Source of the DNA: Rhizaria sp. SCN 62-66
Lineage: Eukaryota
DNA length: 55,318 bases
NCBI GenBank assembly: GCA_001724265.1
Contig: MEDY01000185.1
Coordinates: 1-55,318 of the forward strand
Reading direction: 5' to 3'
Below are positions 1 through 10,606 of the stretch, piece by piece. Both the position numbers and the translations under genes were made by a program. Each line of letters begins with the position of its first letter. The stretch's first letter is position 1. The notes under the pieces were generated by a model. The model was given only the letters and a program-made list of their open reading frames with translations, was not told where the DNA came from and did no database searches.

Positions 1-1
1 G

Positions 2-175
2 CGCTCCCGTATCAACCCCCGCCACATCCAGCTCGCGGTCGGCAACGATGAGGAGCTCCGCAAGCTGCTCGGCTCTGCCACCATCGCCTCCGGTGGTGTC
101 CTCCCCCACATCGAGGAGGCCCTCCTCCCCAAGTCCAAGAAGGCTGGCAAGAAGGCCAAGGCCGAGTCCAAGTAA
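2..175 (+). CDS. H2A: Histone H2A, C-terminal part (5' end lies outside the window)
   Basis: Frame from base 2 reads [57 protein letters not shown] then TAA (173-175). It matches the H2A motifs RIxPRH..LA..NDEEL..LL..TIA.GGVLP. This frame is not in the supplied ORF track. Confidence 0.97.
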   Translation, partial: RSRINPRHIQLAVGNDEELRKLLGSATIASGGVLPHIEEALLPKSKKAGKKAKAESK

Positions 176-308
176 GTGCTTTAACCTGCACCTTACAGAA
201 GCTCTCTTCTCTTCTTCAAAAACCACAGCTGCTTAAACTGAGCGGACTGATGGCAACAGTAAACACTGTTCAGAAAAAAACACACAAAAAACTTACAAAA
301 TTACCCCT

Positions 309-324
309 GGCGTTTTTCAACGCC
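309..324 (+). promoter_or_regulatory. Histone mRNA 3' stem-loop, variant GGCGTT-TTTC-AACGCC (H2A)
   Basis: A 6-bp stem with a TTTC loop lies 133 nt after the H2A stop, behind an A/C-rich tract. The 23-mer CCTGGCGTTTTTCAACGCCTCCC is identical to the one after H4. Confidence 0.9.
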
Positions 325-1723
325 TCCCTTAATCAAAACAACAAACCAAAGCCATACAAACTCTTAACGTGAAATGAAGTTCAAACACTGGGGTGAATCG
401 AATCGCTTCGTATCCGTCTGCATCACTTGTGACTACGTTAAGTAGCGTCTGTTGGTGAATCCCTTCTGCGTCTCAAGAAGTGATTTTTTAGTTGTTGGAA
501 CATTTATTGCTCGAACATTTTTTTACACTTGATTTGTGATTAGTTTCTTTGGTTGTGCTGTGACTACTCTGTCGTGCAACTCCGCTGCTTTGTAACCTGA
601 CTGAAAGGAGCGTACACGGACACTTCAATGATGGCTGCTCGCTCGATCGCGTGTCCGCCGTCGTGGCAATCGGCGCGAACAGGAACCGTTGTGATAGCTG
701 TGCCTTCGTCCACATATCTGCATCTAGCAACAGTGGTGAAGCAGCGTGCAAACTGCGCAATCGCAGCAGCTGTAGCAGTCGTTGCGGGACACATTTGATG
801 GCGGCAATAAAGCCCGATGCCTTTATTATAATCAAAATCAGTACGATTTACTCAGGCAGTACCATTCATTCAGTTCACCTGCTATAAAGCAAAACAAAAC
901 GTGACTAGACGCACGAAATCGTTTAATGTCGCTGATGCGCGCTCTAGCTACGCTCTACGCCGCGAGATGTCCAGCCCGTCCCCATGCTTGATACCCAGCG
1001 CCAGCATAGTCACTTGTCAATGAGACGCTTTGGCACCAGGGGGTAGTATCACTATAAGCTCAGCTTGGACGATGGCGATGGCGGCATCGTTAGCGGCCTT
1101 AACAGCTTGCATCGTGATTCCTCCATGGATGCTACCAGAGAGCCACCTGTCACAAAACAGGCACTATCACAAACGAAATAGTGCCGTCACATTCTTTCAT
1201 TACACACATTCAGTATGCCAGAGTTACAGTTTACATTTGGTTCATTGAGCCCGGTATACACCGCAAACTGCTTCGGCTCCACGAGCATCCGATCACTGTT
1301 AAGAACCTCGTTGGGAAACAATGAAGACCTCAAACCCAAGGCATATTATAAAGAAACCATACGCAACGTAACATATTCAAACTATGAAAAGCAACCGCAT
1401 ACGCACGTGACGACTGATAGTCTCAATCTACAACAGTCTTGATCCTCGCCCATAGCTTCCGGTCTGACTGTGGGGCTCATCTCGGCCACTCACAAGGAGC
1501 CCAGTCGTCGAACTTCAAGCACCAAATCAACCATATTCCTTCCGTCCACTAGGGATGGCTTGTCAGATTCCTTAATGCCACTTGCGTTTTGTATTTGGTA
1601 GCTTCATTGAATCGATACCAGCTTCATTCTACCCTGCGTCTTCGTTGCCACAAGTAGGCCCAGTTGGCTCCTCTCTTGAACCCTCCTCTCACTCTCCTTC
1701 TTTGTTCCTCTGCTTCTCCATAG

Positions 1724-4700
1724 ATGTGTCGGTCAACAACGACACTTGCCATTTGGCTAGTGTTGTTGGGCCAAATTGCGTCCATTTGCTGGGCTTTACC
1801 AAGTACGTCTTTATTTAGCCCCTACGCCCACTTTCCCTCGCCCCAGTTACAGCTTGCTCCCCAACATCCGTCCTCCTTCTCTCCCACCTCTCTCACACTC
1901 CACCACTTTCTTCTCTCGCTCTCCCTTCAGGCGCAGCAGATGGTTCCGCAGAACCCGTGTCTCTCGGGCGCGGCACCGGTGCTAATCCATCGCGTATCAC
2001 CGCCGCCTGGTATGACACAACCCTCACCGACCAGTCTAACAATCACCACCCTTCGGCCCACTCTCACGTGCTATCTCAGCGCCGCGGACTGGCCGCTGCC
2101 GCCTCTGCGCCCGTGATTATCACCGTCGCATTTGACAGCCCGCTGTACATCCTCCCCGTGACTGCTGCTGCGGCGACCGAGGGTGCTGCACTGCCGCGCC
2201 CGATCCTGCCCGCGTCCGGTGACGTTGCCGCCGCGCGCGAGTGGGCGCGCACCGTCTCGGCCGCGGCCCAGGGCTCCGTGCTGCGTTGCGGGCGCGCTAT
2301 CTACACGGCGCTGACGCCTCTGCTGCCTGCAGTGCCCGAGTTGAGCGCGGGCGAGGGTGAGGGCGAGTTTGCGGCTGAGGATTGGGCCTTGTTTGAGTCC
2401 AACCTTAAGACCCTCTCATTCACTCTCCTCAGCTCCAACAGCAATAGCAACAGCGACAACGGCGACGTGTCTGCGCTGCCTAAGCGGTTGTCTAAGTGCC
2501 GCCTCGCTCTGCCTGCGTCAAACGTGCTTACAGACGCCAACGGTGCGCCGTTACTGCCCGCTGCTGCGGATTCCGCTGGCGGCGCAGTGTGGGCCGCGCC
2601 GTCCCCCCGCCTCCGCCATAGTAACAGCGGCGGCGCCCCCCATATGCACCGCACGGGCAAGGGGAGCGGTGACGAGTCTGCTGCTCACGGTCATGTGCGC
2701 CGCCGTGGGTATGACCGCGAGGATGACCGTGCTCGTCACGTGTTGCGCACTAGTTCTCCGTCCGACTATGCTGACTCAGCAGCGACACAGCAGGATCAGA
2801 GTGCTGCTGACGCCGCGGCTGAGTTTGCGGAGGACTCGCTGCTTGCGCCCGTGTTGCTTGAGCTATCCTCCCTCATCACCGACACGGCTCGCACTCTGAC
2901 TAAGCAGCAACAACAGCAACAATCACTCAACAACAACAACACTAATGCCGATGACACTGTTAGTGCTGGTCAGAACACGGAGACTGAGAGTGTGTTTCTG
3001 GAGGCATCGCTGCACGTTGCGCCCCAGGAGTCGTCTTTCGTCCGCGAAGCCCGCGCGCGCGTCAAAGCCGCCGCGGCGACTGCGAACAAGCTCAACGCCG
3101 TGCGCTACAGTCGCACCCCCGGCGCTGCCGCTGATGCTAGCGGCGGCACTGGCATCGAGCTCGCGCCCGGCGGCGTCGTGACCGGCCAAACGCTGCTGAC
3201 TGACGCCGTGGTGCTGCTGCAGACTGGCCACCGCGCGGGCGCGACGGTGCACACGCGCGCCTCGGCGGCCGCCGCGCTGCAGGCACGCCACGCCGTGCGG
3301 CAGGCGCAGCGCATGGCGACCGAGTCCGCGGCGTTCTTGCGGCTGGCGAACCAGCTCGAGTCCGCGGTGCGGGCGGGCGCTGTGGTGTCGCACGGTGTCG
3401 TCTGGCAGGTGATTATCCGTCCGTTGATGGTGATGGCTCGTGATTATATCCGTAAGTCGACGCAGGAGATCATGTATCAGGTCGTCAAGGCGTCGGCGCT
3501 GCCTGGTGTCACGTGCCTCATCTGTCAGGGCAAGGCTGCGATTCCGGAGGGCACGTCACCTGATTTGCCCAAGGTTGCGGACCTGATCGATCCCGAGGAT
3601 GTTCAGGCCACGGCGGCCGACGAGTCGCACGTTACGCCCACGCCCGAGGAGGCCGCCGCAGCCAAGGAGAAGGAAGAAGAGGAGGAGAGCTTTGTTGAGA
3701 TGGGCAATGCACAGGACTTGGACCCTGCGTTCTTGCAGTATCACGCTAAGATCACCACGGCCGCCTCCGCTAAGAACAGTAACCTTAGCGCGAAGGGCAA
3801 CATCACTGCCGTTGACGCTGAGGACGAGGCTGCTATCGACGCCCTCTTTGCCGCATCGTCCTTCCTCGAGATCGATCTCGTGACGCAGCAAGTTAAGCCG
3901 CACCGCCGCTCTTCAGCTGAGTCACAGCTTGGTTCTTCACTGAGCGCAGCTGATCTTGACGCCGCACTGGCTGAGATCGAACAGAGCGAGCGCGCACAGC
4001 GTCTCATCGCCGCCGTGCGCGCCGGTCACGCCGCGGCTGAGCCAGAGCTCAAGGGACTGGTCGCGTCGCAGCTCGCGCTGTATGAGGAGCGCGTGGGCCT
4101 CCCGGTCACCGACCGCTCTGTTTCGACACACGGAACATCGTCGGCGATGCACAACAGCGCGCGCACGGGCAACCTCTCGGCACAACGGGAATCTGCGAGT
4201 GGTCACGGTGCTGCGCAGGCGCGGTCCGTGCTGTTTGGCGCCGCCGCCAACGCGTTCGATCACCTCCCTGCCCGTGTCGCCGCTGCGAAGCGGAAGCAGC
4301 AGCGCGCTGCCGCGGCTGCCGGCGCCGCCGCGGTCGGTCTGAGCGAGCTTGACGCGTTCATCGTCTCCGACACGGCCGATCTCGCGGATAGCAACGATGC
4401 ACTGCGCTCGCGGCAGCTGGCGGGGCCGGCGGCTGCGGTGGCCGCCTCGGCCGCGAGTCTGATTGACCGTGCCGCGCAGGCGGAGCATTTCGAGCAGCAG
4501 CAAGCCGCGCTGCAGGCTGGGTACTCGCGGGCCACGGGGACCCGTGAGTTCCCGTCGCTTGCCGAGATGGACAGCGAGCACACGCCCGAGGCGCGCAAGC
4601 CCGGGAACCTGACGAAGCAAGTCGCGGCGGGCTCCGGCGACGATGAGACGTCCTCGTTCGCGCTCGAGATCGTCAAGTGGATCGTTGACCCGTTGGTGGC

Positions 4701-5331
4701 GAACTTGGAGCCCGCGATTGTGGGCGCGGTGCAGGAGGCGAGTATTCAGTCGATTCAGTTCGACGTCGAGGACAAGCTGAAGCGCACGCTAAACGCGACT
4801 CTCGTGCGCGAGGTGACTCGCACCACTGTCACGATGGTGACGCACCGGTTGAGTTACGCGTTTACGCACCGTATCTCGCGCGGCCTCATCCACCGGTTGA
4901 TCCCTGAGGTAGTTGCACTGACTACGGGGCCGCTGTTCTCGGCGCTGTCGCACTCGCTGGCCATGACGCTTACGCGCGCACTGACTCGCAACCCTAAACA
5001 CGACGAGGACTGCTACTTCTGCTCGCCCACCGAGCTGGCGACACGGCCGTGGATTGTTGAGGCTGGGGACAAGACGAAGCACTGCAACGTGTGCAAGGCG
5101 GCGATGTGGAATGAGTACTACTTGGACTACTATACCAGTTATTACACGCAGTACTTCTACGGCTATTATGGGTATTACTACGGAGAGTATTTCTCACGTG
5201 TCTTTGCTGAGGAGCAGGTTATGATTCTCGAGGAAGCGCAGATTCTGTCTATCGTACGCCAGGATAAAAAGGACGCCGAGGCTGCTGCTGCGGCAGCGCA
5301 GGGTTCTAATATTTCCGTGTCGTCTGGTTGA
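1724..5331 (+). CDS. Secreted protein of unknown function (~1159 aa) with a Cys/Tyr-rich C-terminus; exons 1724-1802 and 1931-5331
   Basis: Exon 1 encodes a signal-peptide-like sequence (MCRSTTTLAIWLVLLGQIASICWALP). A phase-1 GTACGT...CTTCAG intron (1803-1930) joins it in frame to the 1124-aa ORF. The C-terminus contains CYFC..CNVC and YYLDYYTSYYTQYFYGYYGYYYGEYF. Ends in TGA. Confidence 0.85.
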
Positions 5332-5845
5332 GGTTGAATCTTTATTGTGCTTTGTTTTACGGCGCAAGTATCTCTTTTAAAGCTTTCTCAGATTGTGGAA
5401 AAGTGTTTGTGGTGGAATCGATTAGGTCGATGCGCGGGCCAGAAGGTACCGACTACGTGGAATAATAACAATACATTACAATTTTTCAAACTTTTTTAAG
5501 CCTTAATCTACTCGAAGTTTCATGTTTTAGCGTGCATATAACGAGTACGGCTCGCGAAAGTGACTCAGAGACCGTAAGTGACCGTGAGCTAAGGGAGCCA
5601 TTGGACTGGGGGCAGTGGGAAGGTTCCGGAGAGACGACTTTCGAGGTTTATTTGAGGTCCTTGACGGTTTGCCTTTGAGCAGTTTAACGGTTTTTAGAGT
5701 TTACTAAAGCTTCTTAAGTCGTAAGAACTTTTCAGGCACTCTTTTTGCCCGCCTCTGCGCCACGCGCATCCACTTTTTCCCAAAGTCCTTGTAGCCCGCC
5801 CCCACAGTCCTTCGACTTGCTTCTCAGCGTCCTTACCGCCCCAAG

Positions 5846-7219
5846 ATGACTCGTAACAAGAACAAGATCTGGCACGGCCGCAGCCACCGCAATGCTCTCG
5901 GTACTACCCCTCGTCACATCACAGTGACGGTGCGTACACCCGCTTCGGAGTCCCGCAAGGCTGCCTCGCCGTACACTCGTCACCGTGAGCATGGTGCCCC
6001 CACTTCGCCTCTACGCTTCCAGATGGCCGAAGAGGATGACCACGCGCCTTGCAACCACGCCCACGACGACGATGCCGACGACGACGACGATTCTCGCACC
6101 TGCTGCGGCCATCGCAGCTCCGGCTCCGCCGCTGTGTCCGACGCCAACGCTTCTTCTTCCCTCTCGTCCCCGACTGAGCCTGCGCCCTTTTGCTCGCGCC
6201 AGAACGTACCCTCGCACGCCATGTTCGCCCTCACCAAGTTCGCGTCTCTGCTGCAGTACGTCGCGCCGGGCGCCCTCGTTGCGTTCGACATCGATGACAC
6301 CTTGGTCAAGAAGCGCCACTTCTCCTGCTCTCTCGTGACGGCCGAGGGTGTGCGCCAGTTCCACGCCCACATCCAGCGCAACCTCTCCACTCTGCCTTAC
6401 GCCGAGAAGCAGCGCCTCGTCAACGCCCTCCACCAGGAAGTCAAGGCCTTCACACTGGCCGAGGACGAGACGGCGCAGGTTGTCCGCGCGCTCCAGGACC
6501 GCGGCGCCTGCGTCTTCGGCCTCACCGCCCGCGCCTCCACGATGGCGCTGGCCACGGTCACCTCGCTCGCTGAGATGGGCATCGACCTCAACCGCGCTGC
6601 CCCGGCGTCGCTGCCGCAGCGCGCGGTCGAGCCTAGCACGGGCGCCGCCGTTGTCGACGGCGTCATCTACTGCAACGACGTCGACAAGGGCGTCGTTTTC
6701 CAGAAGATGATGCAGCTCGGCTGGATCACCTGGCCGAACACGTCTAACGCTGCCAACAGTTCGAGCTCTCTGTCGTCTCTGCCCTCCGCGGGCTCCGATC
6801 TTGCCGCGCAGGGCCACCACGCGCCCACCGACGACGGTCGCGGGTGCCCCGACCGCACGGTGTGGTTCGTCGACGACTCGCTGCCCATGATCACCGGCAT
6901 GGTCAACTCCTGGGTCCAGATGGCGCACGCACAGGCGCAGCTCTACCAGTCGCTTGGCCAATGGACGCAGCAGATCCCGTGCCGCGGCAAGCTCGCGCTG
7001 GTCTGCTGCCATTACACGCACCCCACTGCCGCCGCCGCCGCCGCCGCGCCGGCGGTTGTGGCCACGGTGGAGGATGCCGCCGCCGTGGTCGAGGCCCAGA
7101 TCAAGCATTTCCTTGACACGGGCGCGATCATCTCCGACGCTGAGGCCGCGGCTAAGCTCAACGGCACGGTCTGCAGCGGTGAGCCTGAGGTCAAGCGCCA
7201 GTCTGTCTTTGCCTTCTAA
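5846..7219 (+). CDS. HAD-superfamily hydrolase/phosphatase, DUF2608-like
   Basis: HAD motifs are present: I (VAFDIDDTL), II (FGLTAR), III (DKG) and IV (WFVDD). The start may be ATG 6023, or 5846 with a possible in-frame 93-nt intron at 5930-6022 (GTGCGT...TTCCAG). Ends in TAA. Confidence 0.8.
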   Translation: MTRNKNKIWHGRSHRNALGTTPRHITVTVRTPASESRKAASPYTRHREHGAPTSPLRFQMAEEDDHAPCNHAHDDDADDDDDSRTCCGHRSSGSAAVSDANASSSLSSPTEPAPFCSRQNVPSHAMFALTKFASLLQYVAPGALVAFDIDDTLVKKRHFSCSLVTAEGVRQFHAHIQRNLSTLPYAEKQRLVNALHQEVKAFTLAEDETAQVVRALQDRGACVFGLTARASTMALATVTSLAEMGIDLNRAAPASLPQRAVEPSTGAAVVDGVIYCNDVDKGVVFQKMMQLGWITWPNTSNAANSSSSLSSLPSAGSDLAAQGHHAPTDDGRGCPDRTVWFVDDSLPMITGMVNSWVQMAHAQAQLYQSLGQWTQQIPCRGKLALVCCHYTHPTAAAAAAAPAVVATVEDAAAVVEAQIKHFLDTGAIISDAEAAAKLNGTVCSGEPEVKRQSVFAF

Positions 7220-8228
7220 ACGCACGCACAGTTCTGAACGCCAAGTTTTCTTTGCAACTGTGCGCTGAGCTGCGTTGCAATGTTCTCATCAACAAAGAGG
7301 TGTATATTTATGAGCAAAGGGGTTCCGACCGTGAACACTTTTCGCTGCATCACACTTCGTCATGAGGTCAAGCTTGTCTTCGTTTCTTCTTCGTTTGTTT
7401 TGCCACTTTCTTTTTCTTCCAAGCACACATGCTATCTTGTGCTTGTGTCTCTGTTTTTGGTTTACACTGTTTTTAGTAATATGTTCGGTTTCACGTATGC
7501 TGATGTGTCGAAGTAACACCGATATTAGTAACAAACAAAATGCCTAAGCAAATAGGATCAACAAAAACGCCAACAACCACAAACAAACAAATTCTTTTCA
7601 TAGTTTTAACATAATAGTCTTCTTTAGCATCGGCTTTGTCTTTCTTCTGATATGTCTTGCTGTTGTTTTTTTCCTCATGTGTGCATGGTATGGTGACACT
7701 CAATAACTTTAAAAATACAACGCCACCATTCCAAAATTCACCACTCGCTTTGTAGTGCCTGCTCGAATATATCTACTTCATAGTTAGCTCTATGTACTCT
7801 GTACTGCGAGTTTAGCTCGTACGTCTGGTCGCATCGTTGTGCATCCGTCTCTGCGTTCGCAAGGATGTTACGCGCGCGGGTGTCGACAGCGGGGACTGGA
7901 GACCCCGCCCGTATGTCAATCGTAACACTGCACTATTAACGTGTCTGTGGACTTATGACCCATACCTACTGGGTGATATTTGAATATATTATTGGAAAAT
8001 ATTGGTGAATGTAATATCCAAGTATTGCTGTGAAATCACTTGACTAATATGTGTACAATATGAAATGTGCTTCTTTGCAATGATGGACTTTTGGAATCTT
8101 GGCGGACTTCGGTCGGGCAACGGATCGGTCGGTGCGGGCCGGGGCTTTGCGGGTCATTTTCAAGTGTTGATGTGAGCTTGTTTGATCGTCATTGGAGATT
8201 TTGTTCCTTGTAGACTGCTTATATTACC

Positions 8229-10606
8229 ATGGGCGCTATCGGAAAGATTATCTTTGCGACGCTGAGTCTCGCAACACTTTACAGTACGTCTTATCTTAAA
8301 CCCTTCTTCGCACTTCAAGCGACGTCGCTCTACTTCGCACCGCTGCTTTACCTGTTTTCTAACCGCCGGTTGACTTGATTTGGTATGATTGCTTTGATCA
8401 CATTTTTTTGTAGGTATGCGTAACTTCATTGCGCGTTACCTCGCGACCGCACCTGACCAGCAGTTCCCCATTGCGTGGTCGACTCACAACACGACGACGG
8501 ACAACATGGCTTTCCACTCGCGTGTGCGCCGCAGTGACTACACTGAGCACGACCAGTTCTACCTCCAGTGGTGGAACTACATCATCTACGATGCCGAGAC
8601 CCACAACCACTACAACTTTGCCTACATGGTACGTTTTCGCTTTGGCTTTTCTCCGCCTTTGTGGCTTTGATCACTCTGACTGGGCGGCCATCGTCCGTTC
8701 GCCGCAGCCCGACTGCGGCGGGCGTGGCAGACGTGGACACGGTGTATGCGCGCCTCTTGCGGCTTAAACACGTGGGCGCCGCCGACACGGGCTTTGGGCT
8801 CCCCAGCCGCGGAACGTCCCGGCAGCGCTCGCGGCTCCGGGGTGCTCCTGGCTGCGGCAGGCGGCTCCGGCGGCGGCTCGACCGGCGGCGCTTTCTGCAA
8901 GACCTTAGTGGGTGACTGAGCCGCCGTTGCCAACTAACAACTGTTCGTGTTTGTGTCGGACGGCCACTGACCACAGAGCTGCAGTGCTATCTGTTGCAGT
9001 CGCCGTCAAGCCCCCACTTGCTCTATCATTCACAAAGCAACTTTGATGTGGCTCTACACAACATATTCACTCACTTTTGGATTTTATTCTTCATGATGTT
9101 TCCTTTAATCTGTTCTAGATCACTGATTATCCGAGCAATGTGACGACGGAGACCGACTTCGGCTCTGTGTCGATGGCAATCCTGAACCGCAAGACGATCA
9201 TCACTGCGGGTGTCGACGAGATCCCCTTGGACCAGGTGGCTGTGAGCAAGTACGCCGATCTCTCCTACGATGTCCCAGGTGAGCCTGCGCGTCACACGCA
9301 CCGGTTTGTTGATGATGACACTGTCCACATGACCGCGCATTACCCCGCCGACAAGACTACTGACAAGCAGCCGATGAGCTGGGACTTCACTCTCACGCGT
9401 ATCCACGGTGTGTTCACCGCCGAGGACAACGAAGCTGCAAATGACCGCACCATCTGCGGCATCGGCGGCTCAGTGCACTACGGGTACAACTCGCTTGTCA
9501 AGGGTTGGATCGCTTTCAACGGGCAGAACCACACGTTCACGCACACGAACCGTTTCCGCGCGTACGGCGCCGGCTCCTGGGGCTGCTCGCTGCCGCGCGG
9601 CGACCCCGCGATTGCGCACCCGTGGGCGTGGCTGTGGCTTGTCGTCCCCGGCCAGACCCCCGCCGAGGACCTGAGTATCGAGTTCGGCGATGGCCGCGTG
9701 GCGACGCAGAGTGCAGGCAGTATCTACGGCGCGACTGGCATCGTCGGCGGGTATCTGCCTGACGGGAAGATGTGGGACGCGCGTAACATCTACCTGTGGA
9801 ACAAGAACCACAACGACCGCGGTCTTCTGTTCCAGGCGACGGGCTCCGACGGTGGACTCTCGCATCTGAGCATCATCCAGCACGACTGGGCGAACTTCAC
9901 CGACGAGCTCGGGACGGCTGCTATCCCACTGCGCCAGGTCTTCACCATGGAGACGCTTGAGGCCAAGATTGTGGTTGACTGCCGCACCACGCTCGACAAC
10001 TTCTTCCGCGCGCGCATCAACGTGTTCAACCCGGAGACCGGCAAGAAGACTCGCTTCTCCGACTTCCGCGCTGTCGGCGTTGACGCTAACATTAAGATCT
10101 ACAAGAAGGTCCGGATCACCGCGCCGCGCACTGCGGTGATGGCGCTTGTTACCGGCTCGCCCTCGCAGACCGTGGCCGTTGACTACGTGCTTGACCGGGA
10201 GGTGAACACGAACCTGCACAATGCGATGGAGTATGCGTACGTCGCGCCCATTGCGGAGGACGAGGAGGCTGCCAAGAAGGCCTGGAATGACAAGATTGCG
10301 CAAGAAAAGGCTGTTAAGGACGCTGCGGAGGCAAAGGTTGCCGCGGAGGCCGCTGCCGTCGCCAAGGCGAAGCAGGACGCTGAGATCGCTGCCAAGAAGG
10401 CCAAGGCTGACGCTGAGAAGGCTGCGGCTGCTGCCAAGGCGAAGCAGGACGCTGATAAGGCTGCCAAGGCTGCGGCTGAGGCTAAGAAGCTCGCGGCGGA
10501 TGCGACTAAGGCTGCTGCTGCGCAGAAGGCAGCTGCTGGTGCTGCTGCTGATGCTTCGAAGGCTGCGCCCAAGAAGGCTGCGCCTGCACCCAAGACTGAG
10601 CTGTAA
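8229..10606 (+). CDS. Tocopherol cyclase/CrtC(AttH)-like secretory protein (~585 aa) with an Ala/Lys-rich tail and C-terminal KTEL; exons 8229-8283, 8414-8628, 9119-10606
   Basis: The N-terminus is hydrophobic (MGAIGKIIFATLSLATLYS), and two GTACGT...AG introns keep the frame. Motifs FYLQWWNYII and GWIAFNGQNHTF..AYGAGSWGCSLP..WAWLW resemble the tocopherol-cyclase family (EWWYF; G.I...G..Y.F...Y.EKNWG.SFP..W.W). Ends in TAA. Confidence 0.7.

Noticed and set aside
48-236. 62-aa ORF in the supplied track
   Set aside because: It is an out-of-frame shadow of H2A; the real frame starts at base 2.
936-1442. Plus-strand frame open for about 169 codons if TAG is read as sense
   Set aside because: The translation has no recognisable motif or convincing splice structure, and such lengths arise by chance once one stop codon is removed.
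6011-7225. 404-aa antisense ORF, and the many other antisense or alternate-frame ORFs inside long genes
   Set aside because: These are shadows of GC-rich, codon-biased genes and lack protein-like features.
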